Of a stretch of 64,000 bases of DNA, positions 29,746-38,032 are shown piece by piece; within the stretch, counting starts at the first letter, position 1; each line of letters begins with the position of its first letter. The position numbers were made by a program, and so were the translations under genes. Source of the stretch: Acidimicrobiia bacterium (GTDB lineage Bacteria > Actinomycetota > Acidimicrobiia > Spongiisociales > UBA5794); NCBI GenBank assembly GCA_036396535.1, contig DASWKR010000083.1:17492-81491 (forward strand), in the 5' to 3' direction. The notes beneath the pieces are model-generated. The model saw only the letters and a program-made list of their open reading frames with translations. It did not search any database and was not told where the DNA came from.

Positions 29746-30549
29746 GTGTCAGACAACTATCCCCACGGGCTCTTCACGTGGGTCGACCTCGCCACGCCGG
29801 ATCCCCAGGCTGCCAAGTCCTTCTACTCGTCCGTCTTCGAATGGACGGGTGAGGACCAGGTCGACGAGAACGGCGACTACATCTACACCCTCCTCTACCG
29901 GGACGGCCTGAACGTCGCAGGGCTCGGCGGGCTGCAAGCCGAGGGGATGCCGTCTGCGTGGAGCTCTTACGTCGGCGTCGACGACGTCGACGCCGTTGTC
30001 GGCTTGGTGGCACCGGCTGGTGGACAGGTGATCATGCCGCCGATGGACGTGATGGACACGGGTCGCATGGCGATCGTCGTCGATCCGACAGGTGCCGTCC
30101 TCGGTCTGTGGCAGCCGGGCACCCACAAGGGCGCCGAGCTGTTCGGCGCCCACGGCGCCTTTTCCTGGAACGAGCTGGCGACGCGAGACGTCGAGGCGGC
30201 GAAGGCGTTCTACGGCGCCATCCTGCCGTGGCGGTTCGAGCAACAGGGTGACTCGGACTACTGGCTCATCGCGATGGACACCAAGGTCACCGGCCAAGGG
30301 CTCGCCGACGACCAGTTCAACGGCGGCATCATGCCGATCGCGGCGGACGCTGCACAGCAGGTGCCTGCGCACTGGGCCGTGTACTTCACCGTCGACAGCG
30401 CAGACGAGGCGGTCGCCGCCGCCCAGGCGGCCGGAGGCACCATCTTGCGCGATCCGTTCGCGACCGAGTTCGGGAAGATCGCCGCAGTCTCGGACCCGTT
30501 CGGCGCATCATTCATGGTGATCGACCCATCACAGGCGGCCGCCGGCTGA
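29746..30549 (+). CDS. VOC family (glyoxalase/bleomycin resistance-like, two-domain) protein
   Basis: FTWVDLATPD...WSSYVGVDD and FSWNELATRD...WAVYFTVD repeats; AAGGAGG RBS. Confidence 0.9.
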   Translation: MSDNYPHGLFTWVDLATPDPQAAKSFYSSVFEWTGEDQVDENGDYIYTLLYRDGLNVAGLGGLQAEGMPSAWSSYVGVDDVDAVVGLVAPAGGQVIMPPMDVMDTGRMAIVVDPTGAVLGLWQPGTHKGAELFGAHGAFSWNELATRDVEAAKAFYGAILPWRFEQQGDSDYWLIAMDTKVTGQGLADDQFNGGIMPIAADAAQQVPAHWAVYFTVDSADEAVAAAQAAGGTILRDPFATEFGKIAAVSDPFGASFMVIDPSQAAAG

Positions 30550-30574
30550 GCGACGTCGGGGGCAGCGTGAACGC

Positions 30575-30606
30575 GGATTGGGGGCCCCCGTCGGGGCCCC
30601 CAATCC
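30575..30606. terminator. GC-rich hairpin between convergent genes (probable bidirectional terminator)
   Basis: GGATTGGGGGCCCC-cgtc-GGGGCCCCCAATCC, perfect 14-bp stem. Confidence 0.7.
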
Positions 30607-30628
30607 AATGATGCTTCGCGTCGTCCGG

Positions 30629-31339
30629 TCAGATTGCGGGCTGGCTGGGCACGTCCACGAATGACTCCGGGATCGTGTCCGGGACGGCCCACGAGATCTT
30701 CTTGTCCTTGCTCGCCCACACCAGGCCGCCGCCCGTCACCATCGCCATGAGTCCGACTCCTGCGAGGATGGCTGCGAGCGTCAGGCCTATCTGGAGGGCC
30801 GTATGGGTCACCGTGCCGACGCCGAGCTCTGCGATGAGGCCATGCGCCGTGCCGGTCCACGCCTGCTCGCGGGCGATGCCGTCGAGTGGGTGGCTCCTGT
30901 CGAACCCCGTCCAGTAGCGGCCGTCGACCGGAACGTCGTACGTCCCTGCCTCGAAGACCTCACCGTTGTACTCGACGTCCTCGGGGAGGACGACGGTCTG
31001 CGTGCCGTTGAGCGTGTGGTATGAGATCGTGGCCATCTGGTACATGTACTCGGTTGCGGTGTTGACCAGGGGGTCGGCGGGGTCGAAGTCGGCCTCGACA
31101 ACCGGGTACTGCCAGTCCTCTGTGAGCAGAGCCATGATGGCGTCGGCACCCTCGGTCGTGCCACGGTCGGTGAGCTGGCCGTCCTCCGTGTACGCCAGGG
31201 TGACGTTCTGCTGCTCACTGAAAGCCTGCAACGTGCCGTACCCATCCTGGACCTTGGCGAAGGCGACGCCACCGGCGACCACGAAGACGACGCCGATGAT
31301 CAAGAGCACGATTCCGAGCATTCGAATCCTGCGTGACAT
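30629..31339 (-). CDS. Hypothetical membrane protein (N- and C-terminal TMs, extracytoplasmic loop)
   Basis: Clean ORF with GAGAGGAG RBS and host-like codon use; TM segments LGIVLLIIGVVFVVAGG and LAAILAGVGLMAMV. Confidence 0.75.
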   Translation of the reverse strand: MSRRIRMLGIVLLIIGVVFVVAGGVAFAKVQDGYGTLQAFSEQQNVTLAYTEDGQLTDRGTTEGADAIMALLTEDWQYPVVEADFDPADPLVNTATEYMYQMATISYHTLNGTQTVVLPEDVEYNGEVFEAGTYDVPVDGRYWTGFDRSHPLDGIAREQAWTGTAHGLIAELGVGTVTHTALQIGLTLAAILAGVGLMAMVTGGGLVWASKDKKISWAVPDTIPESFVDVPSQPAI

Positions 31340-31360
31340 CTCTGGGGCTCCTCTCTCGGT

Positions 31361-31378
31361 TTGTGAACCCTGTCACAA
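31361..31378. promoter_or_regulatory. CRP/FNR-family or Rex-type box TTGTGAACCCTGTCACAA
   Basis: Exact TGTGA-N6-TCACA; one mismatch to Rex TTGTGAA-N4-TTCACAA; 22 bp upstream of the hypothetical gene and divergent to nucS. Confidence 0.7.
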
Positions 31379-31468
31379 GCAATCTTCGGGTCTGGCCGAC
31401 GGCGCACATAGGGCCATTGGTCCTCTCGCCGACGGTGGCGCCGCTCCCGACCGGGTTACGCTCGTCTG

Positions 31469-32125
31469 ATGCGCATCGTCGTTGCAGACTGCACCGTGGA
31501 GTACGAGGGGCGACTGAGCGCATTCCTTCCGCGCGCCACTCGACTCGTGATGATCAAGGCGGACGGGTGCGTCGCGGTGCACGCCGACGGCGGGGCGTAC
31601 AAGCCCCTGAACTGGATGAACGCTCCGAACCACATCGTCGAAGAGGATGGGCGCTGGACCGTCACGAATCCCAAGGGAGAGCGCCTCGTCATCCGCTTCG
31701 ACGTCGTGCACTTCGACACGTCGGTCGAGATGGGTGACGACCCGGGGCTCACGAAGGACGGTGTCGAGGCCGAGTTGCAGCGGCTCCTCGCTGACCGGGT
31801 CCATCTGCTGGGAGACGGCATGGAGCTGATTCGACGCGAGTACCCGACCCCGATCGGCCCGGTGGATCTGCTGTGCCGGGACGGGAGCGGCATCGTTGCC
31901 GTGGAGATCAAACGCCGTGGCGAGATCGAAGGCGTCGAGCAGCTGACCCGCTACGTCGAGTTCCTCGGGCGGGACCGGCGGTTGGCCCCCGTCCGGGGAC
32001 TCTTCGTCGCCCAGCAGGTGAAGCCACAGGCGCGCACCCTCTCCGAGGATCGCGGCATCGAGTGGCGCGAGGTCGACTACGAGGCGCTCAAGGGCATCGA
32101 CTCGCCCGCGCTGCGCCTGTTCTGA
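31469..32125 (+). CDS. nucS: Mismatch-specific endonuclease NucS/EndoMS
   Basis: [63 protein letters not shown]. Confidence 0.95.
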   Translation: MRIVVADCTVEYEGRLSAFLPRATRLVMIKADGCVAVHADGGAYKPLNWMNAPNHIVEEDGRWTVTNPKGERLVIRFDVVHFDTSVEMGDDPGLTKDGVEAELQRLLADRVHLLGDGMELIRREYPTPIGPVDLLCRDGSGIVAVEIKRRGEIEGVEQLTRYVEFLGRDRRLAPVRGLFVAQQVKPQARTLSEDRGIEWREVDYEALKGIDSPALRLF

Positions 32126-32230
32126 CTCCGCTCCGTTGCCGAGCAGTGCCGATAAGGTCATGTCGTGGACGGTGACGGTGACCTCAGATCTGTCGCCTTC
32201 GACAACACACGATTTCGGGATCTCGGTTAG

Positions 32231-33340
32231 GTGAGGGGGCCGCGGGTCGGTTTGGTGTTGGCGGCGATGGTCGTCGCCTCATCCGCCTGCGCCTCCCCCA
32301 GTGGATCCTCGACATCGGATGAACTGCAGACCCCTGCCGTGTCGAATTCTGGGCAGGTTGACCGCAGCGACCTTGGCGATGAGTTGGGTGGGTGCCTCGA
32401 GGATGACGACGAGCCAGGTGTGATCCAGGAGCCTCGTATCAGCGTGCTCGACTATGCCGAGAGGTCGAGTCTGTCGCTGGTGCTGCTCGACGGGTCATCG
32501 CTTCGCAGCGCCGTAGAGCATGACGTGCAGATGTTCAACGATGACGAGTGGGTCGGATTCCTCACCGTCGATCTCGGAGCTGAGTTGCTCGTTGGTGCCA
32601 TTCCTGACGTTTTGTACGTACCGCGCACTCGACTTTCGAGGGTTCTCGACGTCGTCGAAGATCTCGACATTGTCGTTACGGTGAACGAGTACGCATCGTC
32701 GACTGGGGTACTTGGCGTGATCGAGTTGGATGATCGGATCGTCTTCGAGGGAGATTGCGCCGAGGTCGATACGGACAACGTCGCCCGGTTTCGTGCCGAA
32801 CGTGTCGATCTGGGATCGGCCCGCGAGTTCATGGGCACACTGTTCGGCGGTGACCCGATACTGCGCGACGCCTTTGGCGAGTGGCTGCGAGGCTCGGGTC
32901 CGATCGCGTGGAGCGACCGCGAGCCTATGGAACGCGTGCTCCACGTGGGCGACACCCCGGCCGAGGTTCTCGACGACTTGCGAACTCTGTGGGTGTCGTG
33001 GACCACGGGAGCCGGTTGGGACGGTCTCGGTGCCGTGGGCTACTGCACCTTCGTTCCGGAGTTCGGATGGAACGACTGCATGCTGGCAGATAGGGCCTTG
33101 GCCGAGGAGGACCTTTCAGTGTTCGTGGATGACCAGGCCCTCGAAGTGTGGCTACTGCGTGACGACTTGAGCCTCGCCGAGCCGATCGCGTTCCTCGGAA
33201 CGATCGGATCCGACGTGCTCGACGATGTCATCGACGCAGAGGCTCAACAACTCAGCCTCTACTTGGTGGAGGTTGACGGTCTCGACGACGTTCTGGCGCG
33301 TCAGGGCCGCCTGGTCACTGCCACGGCCACATCCAGATAG
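32231..33340 (+). CDS. Hypothetical acidic lipoprotein (unrecognised family)
   Basis: Signal peptide plus lipobox-like SSAC; 369-aa ORF with more T-ending codons than its neighbours. Confidence 0.6.
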   Translation: MRGPRVGLVLAAMVVASSACASPSGSSTSDELQTPAVSNSGQVDRSDLGDELGGCLEDDDEPGVIQEPRISVLDYAERSSLSLVLLDGSSLRSAVEHDVQMFNDDEWVGFLTVDLGAELLVGAIPDVLYVPRTRLSRVLDVVEDLDIVVTVNEYASSTGVLGVIELDDRIVFEGDCAEVDTDNVARFRAERVDLGSAREFMGTLFGGDPILRDAFGEWLRGSGPIAWSDREPMERVLHVGDTPAEVLDDLRTLWVSWTTGAGWDGLGAVGYCTFVPEFGWNDCMLADRALAEEDLSVFVDDQALEVWLLRDDLSLAEPIAFLGTIGSDVLDDVIDAEAQQLSLYLVEVDGLDDVLARQGRLVTATATSR

Positions 33341-33650
33341 GAGATCCTCCGGGGCTTCATCGTCTGCTGATAACGCCTGCAGATGCACTGAGAGAATGGC
33401 AACTGCCGAGAGACGCTCGGGCGCCGAATCTCTTGGATCACAGCTTCGCTGGGTTTGCATGCCCGCCGTGGTGATCGAGGGCCGTCTCTCTCAACCGGGT
33501 CTCTCTCCGCAAGCAGCTTTCAGCCACCGGTCCGCCGTCTTCATTTGGGCTGGGATCGGCGGCGATTCCGCGCCCGATGTGGCCGAGCCGATAAAGTCGC
33601 GGTCTCTGAACGCCGAAGGTCAACTCGACACGTCGCACGCTGGAGGATGA

Positions 33651-33887
33651 TTGATGCGGCCGGGAGAGGACACTCCGCGCAACGCCGGCTGGGCTGAGCC
33701 GCTCCGTCTATTTCTCGTGGCCTTGGCATTGCTGGCAGTTGTCGGCGTATCCCTCGCGGCCCTGGGCGGCGAACGCGGGACCGAAGCGCCCGAATCGCCA
33801 GCAACAACGATCGACGAAGAGGATCTGCCCTGTCTCAACACCACGAACCCGACGGCTGAATACGACTTGCTTGGGTGCGATCTGTAG
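33651..33887 (+). CDS. Small hypothetical membrane/secreted protein
   Basis: GGAGGA RBS upstream, one TM (LFLVALALLAVVGVSLAALG), acidic tail with two Cys; followed by a 12-bp hairpin at 33921-33955. Confidence 0.45.
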   Translation: MMRPGEDTPRNAGWAEPLRLFLVALALLAVVGVSLAALGGERGTEAPESPATTIDEEDLPCLNTTNPTAEYDLLGCDL

Positions 33888-33997
33888 GCTACGAGCAGTC
33901 GGATGTGATGCACCAGTCGAGGTCGAGGCGAATCGCCGCCTTGTTCGCCTCGACCGATGTTCTGGTGGTGCGTCGTTCGATTGGTGACCTCGGCTCT

Positions 33998-34324
33998 GGA
34001 CCGCCGGGTGGCCGACGCCGCAGACCGGGGACGGCCATACAAGCGCGGTCTCCCGCTCGGCGGGGGACCGGCGAGCGGTCGCCCTGCGACCCGAGCCGAA
34101 GGGGGCACCTGGCCGCCACACTGCCCGGCCCCCTCGACTCGGCCTGCGGCGCTCGTCGATCCCCCGGAAACCGGGGGATTGCGTAGAAGCCTGCCAACCG
34201 TACGGACGGGCCACACACGCTGTCTCCCGCTCGGCGGGGGACCGGCGAGCGGTCGCCCTGCGACCCGAGCCGAGGGGGCACCTGGCAGACCGGACCTCCG
34301 AGTAGCCGACGCCGCAAACCGGGA
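33998..34324. repeat. Mosaic hairpin repeat cluster, A-B-spacer-B-A
   Basis: B copies at 34048-34113 and 34222-34286 differ only by a 1-nt indel; A copies at 33998-34031 and 34292-34324 are similar; hairpin ATCCCCCGG-AAA-CCGGGGGAT at 34159-34179. Confidence 0.85.
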
Positions 34325-34362
34325 CAGCCGCGACCCGTGGTCATCAATCCCGCCACAGACCA

Positions 34363-35151
34363 CTAGGGGTTCTGATCCAGCCGTCGCGAGCGCCAGATGC
34401 TCACGAGGTGGAGCACGACGACGACGGAGGTGATGCTCAGCATGGTCACGGCGAGCGCCCGGCCGAACCGCATCGACTCGGCGATCTCGTCTGCGATGGC
34501 GGCGGCCAGGATCAGCAGGGTCGCCTCGGCGGCGTGAGTGACCATGTGGATCGGCGCCAGGCGGGCCATGGAGCGCACCCTGGCGAGGCCGGATCCGGTG
34601 ATCTCGTCCGCCTCGGCGGGGGCCGGGCCGAAGCCGGAGCGCAGCCGCGACGCCGGCACCAGGTCGGTCTCGGCCTTCTCGAGCAGCACTCCAATGGCGG
34701 CAGCCATCCCGACGATGACCCAGGTCTCGTCGCCACCCGACGCCCGGATCCCGACGGCGACCATGAGCCCGCCCTCGACGAGGTAGTGGCCGAGCCGGTC
34801 GAGGTAGACGCCGCGGGCGCCGGTGGTGGCGTTGAAGCGGGCCACCTCGCCGTCGACGCAATCGAGCAGCAGGTAGAGCTGGATGGCGATGAGGGCGGCC
34901 ACGGCAGGGGCGACCCCGGGCAGCGTCGCCACCGCCACGCCGGCGATCCCGACCCCGATCATGATGACCGTGACCGAGTTGGCGCTGAGGCCGGCTCGCA
35001 GCGCCAGCCAGGTGAAGAACGGCGAGATGCGCCTCATGTAGAGGGTGCCCGTCCAGTGCTCCTCCGAGCGGCGCGCCAGCACCTCGGCCGGCTGGCCAAC
35101 CGCCCTCACCTCGGCGACGGTTGGTCGCCTACCCGCCTCATCTACCGCCAT
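34363..35151 (-). CDS. CDP-alcohol phosphatidyltransferase family protein
   Basis: LLLDCVDGEVARFNATTGARGVYLD signature. Confidence 0.88.
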   Translation of the reverse strand: MAVDEAGRRPTVAEVRAVGQPAEVLARRSEEHWTGTLYMRRISPFFTWLALRAGLSANSVTVIMIGVGIAGVAVATLPGVAPAVAALIAIQLYLLLDCVDGEVARFNATTGARGVYLDRLGHYLVEGGLMVAVGIRASGGDETWVIVGMAAAIGVLLEKAETDLVPASRLRSGFGPAPAEADEITGSGLARVRSMARLAPIHMVTHAAEATLLILAAAIADEIAESMRFGRALAVTMLSITSVVVVLHLVSIWRSRRLDQNP

Positions 35152-35943
35152 TCAACCCTGCTCCGCCTCGGCTTCGGCTTCGTCCTGCGCCTTCCAATGA
35201 TCCTTGTATGCCTCGATGACCGCCGCCGGCTCACCGTCCATCCGCTTCTCGCCCTTCTCCAGCCAGATGACCCGGTTGCAGCTCCCCCTGATCTCCCCGA
35301 GCTTGTGCGAGACGAGCACCACCGTCCCGGCATCTTGAGCCATCGAGCGGAGGCGTTTCAGGGAGCGCCGCTTGAACGAGGCGTCGCCGACTGCGAGTGC
35401 CTCGTCGACGAGCAGCAACTCGGGTCTGACGATGGTCGAAACCGAGAACAGCAGACGGGCGCGCATGCCCGATGAGTACGTCTGCATCGGCAGGTCGATG
35501 AACTCGCCGAGGCCGGCGAACCGGACGATGTCGTCGAAGCGGTCGCGCAGGGTCATCTTGTCGAGGCCGAGGGCCAGGCCGCCGATGATGATGTTCCGCC
35601 TCCCCGACAGCTTCGGCTGCAGCACGGCGCCCACCCCGAGCAGGGTCGGTATCGACCTGGCGTAGATCGAGCCCGACTCGAGAGGGATCAGCCCGGCGAT
35701 GGCTCGCAGCAGGGTGCTCTTGCCCGAGCCGTTCGATCCGATGATCCCGAGGATGTCCCCCGCCGCGAGGTCGAAGGACACGCCCTCGACGGCGTGGATC
35801 TCCCTGCTGCGCTGCGCCCTGCCGAGCAGCGAGTCCCGCAGCGATCGCTTGGTGTCCGCCGACGGCCGGTAGACGACGCTGGCGTCGCGCACCGACAGCG
35901 TGATCGGCCGCTCACCGGTACCGGGCAGGTCAGTTCCTGCCAT
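35152..35943 (-). CDS. Polysaccharide/teichoic acid ABC exporter ATPase (Wzt/TagH-like)
   Basis: GSNGSGKST, TYSSGMRARL, LLVDEALAVGD; no C-terminal carbohydrate-binding extension. Confidence 0.9.
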   Translation of the reverse strand: MAGTDLPGTGERPITLSVRDASVVYRPSADTKRSLRDSLLGRAQRSREIHAVEGVSFDLAAGDILGIIGSNGSGKSTLLRAIAGLIPLESGSIYARSIPTLLGVGAVLQPKLSGRRNIIIGGLALGLDKMTLRDRFDDIVRFAGLGEFIDLPMQTYSSGMRARLLFSVSTIVRPELLLVDEALAVGDASFKRRSLKRLRSMAQDAGTVVLVSHKLGEIRGSCNRVIWLEKGEKRMDGEPAAVIEAYKDHWKAQDEAEAEAEQG

Positions 35944-36811
35944 ACGTCGACTCTCCGGCCTTGAAGAGCAGGAATCCGCCGATCAGGGCGACGATCGACC
36001 ACGAGACGGCCGAAATCCAGATCTCGGGCGGTGCGTCGACCTCGGCGAGGATCGACGACTTGGCGAGCGTGATGAGCGAGTACCACGGATTGAACGGGAA
36101 CAGCCTGGCGACGTTGAGCACCCACTGCGGGGTGTCCGGTTCAGCGGTGAACCGATCGATGCTGTACAAGATGCCCGAGAGGTAGAACGTGAGCCTGAAG
36201 AAGATGGGGAGGATGTTCTGGATGTCCCGGAACGTCTCGTTGAGGCGGGCGGTGATGAAGGCGATCCCCATCGTGAACATCACGAGGAGGGCGACGTACG
36301 GGATGAAGAGCAGCCACCGCGCCTCGATCGCCTCGCCGGTGAGGATCGTGATGACGATGGCCACGCCCAGGGCGGGGACGAGTGCCAGGGTCTCGGCGGT
36401 CACGGCCGAGATCGGAAGGACGGCGCGCGGGAACCGGATCGACTTGATGAGGCCCTCGTTCGTCGTGAGCGACTTGGCGCCGGCGATGGCGCACTGCTGG
36501 GAGTACCGGAAGAGGAAGACACCGATCGTCAGGTATCCGAGGAAGTTCTGCAGCCCGCGGTCGACACCCAGGATCTCGCCGAAGACGAGGAAGTAGACCC
36601 CCACCTGGAGCAGCGGGCTCACGAGGTACCACACGTTGCCGAGCAGCGTGTTCATGTTCCTGGCCCGCAGGTCGGCCCTCGGGACCTCGGCCATGAAGTT
36701 CCTCAGGCGCCACAGGTCGGCGAGGTACTCGGGCACGGTGCGCGACGCGCTCACGTCGATCAGCCCGTCGAGGGCTGTGGTGGAGGATTGCTTGGCCAAG
36801 GAAGTCTCCAT
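35930..36811 (-). CDS. Polysaccharide/teichoic acid ABC exporter permease (Wzm/TagG-like)
   Basis: LGNVWYLVSPLL, SIRFPRAVLP, FRDIQNILP, FNPWY; coupled to the ATPase gene. Confidence 0.9.
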   Translation of the reverse strand: METSLAKQSSTTALDGLIDVSASRTVPEYLADLWRLRNFMAEVPRADLRARNMNTLLGNVWYLVSPLLQVGVYFLVFGEILGVDRGLQNFLGYLTIGVFLFRYSQQCAIAGAKSLTTNEGLIKSIRFPRAVLPISAVTAETLALVPALGVAIVITILTGEAIEARWLLFIPYVALLVMFTMGIAFITARLNETFRDIQNILPIFFRLTFYLSGILYSIDRFTAEPDTPQWVLNVARLFPFNPWYSLITLAKSSILAEVDAPPEIWISAVSWSIVALIGGFLLFKAGESTYGRN

Positions 36812-36898
36812 AGCAGCGAGGCCGGAGCGACCGCCGAGAAACCTGGCATTCCCGGCGAGTGGACGGCTGATGCTAACGCCGGTAGCGAGTCACGCCCA

Positions 36899-37900
36899 TC
36901 ACCCTTTCGGCCGGCCGTCCTCCGGCAGGGTGATCGGCGTCAAGACATCTCGAAGGAGCTTCGTTCCCTCCAGGGTCGAATACGTGTCCCGCGGGAACTC
37001 GGGCAGGTAGCGCGTGAAGAGCGCCTCGTTCTCGTCTCGGTAGCGCGTCAGCATCGCCAAGCGCTCCTCGTCGGTGAGCAGCTCGGCGGGCGGGTACTCC
37101 CCGGGCGGGAAGAGGTCTGTGAGGAACTTGCGGACCTTGTTCGGCTGGTCGGGCGCCGAGAGAAGGGGATTGAGCGCCAAGGCCGCCTCCCAGGCCGGCT
37201 GGGTGTACGACGGGTTGGTGGTGGCGAGGGTCTTGGGCTCGAGCTCGTACACCAGCTCTCCCAGGCCGAGCTCGTCGAGGAAGTCGGCGGTGAAGGCAGC
37301 CGCCCCGGCCTGAATCGTCTCGAACGGCCGAACTCGCAACGACTGGACACTCGGAGCCGCCCCCACGAGCGCCAGCAGTTGGGTGTAGCGAACCCGATCG
37401 TCGCGGCAGACCTTGTCGCGGAAGTGCTCCCAGCGTGTCTGGTATCCGAGGTGCATCCGCTGCATGTACAGCGACTCGAGCAGCCTGTCCTGGCGCCGGA
37501 CGTAGACGATCACCCGGGTGCGCTCCGGCTTGATCACCGACACCAGTTCGGCGATGCTCTCGCCTGCCCGCGGCCAGAAGGGGTCCCCGTAGTCGGGGGA
37601 GAGCCGCCCCGAGATCGATTCGTTCGAGATGAGCAACGTCCGACCCCCGCGAGCCACCTTCTTCCTCGCAGCCTCCACTGCGCCGGCGAGCTCGTCGGAG
37701 AACTTCTCCTTCGAGTATGCCGACCTGTCGTACGCCGCCCATGCCCGATAGTCGCCCATGGCGAGGAACGCCTTGCGGTCGATGTAGGCGATGCCGTGGT
37801 CGCGCAGCGGCTGGCGCAGGGCGCGCAGCGACTTCTGGATGAGCGACGAGCCCGTCTTCGGGACGCCGATGTGGAGGATGAGCTGATCGACGGAAGCCAT
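36899..37900 (-). CDS. Sulfotransferase-fold (P-loop) protein, paralog 1
   Basis: LILHIGVPKTGSSLIQ 5'-PSB-like loop, LISNESISG, YVRRQDRLLES. Confidence 0.7.
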   Translation of the reverse strand: MASVDQLILHIGVPKTGSSLIQKSLRALRQPLRDHGIAYIDRKAFLAMGDYRAWAAYDRSAYSKEKFSDELAGAVEAARKKVARGGRTLLISNESISGRLSPDYGDPFWPRAGESIAELVSVIKPERTRVIVYVRRQDRLLESLYMQRMHLGYQTRWEHFRDKVCRDDRVRYTQLLALVGAAPSVQSLRVRPFETIQAGAAAFTADFLDELGLGELVYELEPKTLATTNPSYTQPAWEAALALNPLLSAPDQPNKVRKFLTDLFPPGEYPPAELLTDEERLAMLTRYRDENEALFTRYLPEFPRDTYSTLEGTKLLRDVLTPITLPEDGRPKG

Positions 37901-38032
37901 ATGGGTGACCGCGGTCCTGGTGCTGGGAGCCGCAGGGTACCAGTGGGCCGCCGGCGATCCGCGGGCCTTCACGGGAGTTCAGCGGTCGGGTTCCTATCAT
38001 CCCCGGGTCGACGACCCAGGCGAGAGGTTGCC

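Noticed and set aside
33341-33650. Short ORFs on both strands between the lipoprotein and the small TM gene
   Set aside because: No recognisable motifs, atypical codon use and conflicting frames; cannot support a CDS.
33998-34324. Possible CRISPR array or group II intron/RNase P/tmRNA fragment
   Set aside because: Only two long repeats with irregular spacing and no cas genes; no domain V, RNase P or tmRNA signature recognisable.
35900-38032. 1280-aa plus-strand ORF 35900-39742
   Set aside because: The first 711 codons are the antisense shadow of the Wzm and P-loop genes; only the part from GTG 38033 has TagF-like motifs.
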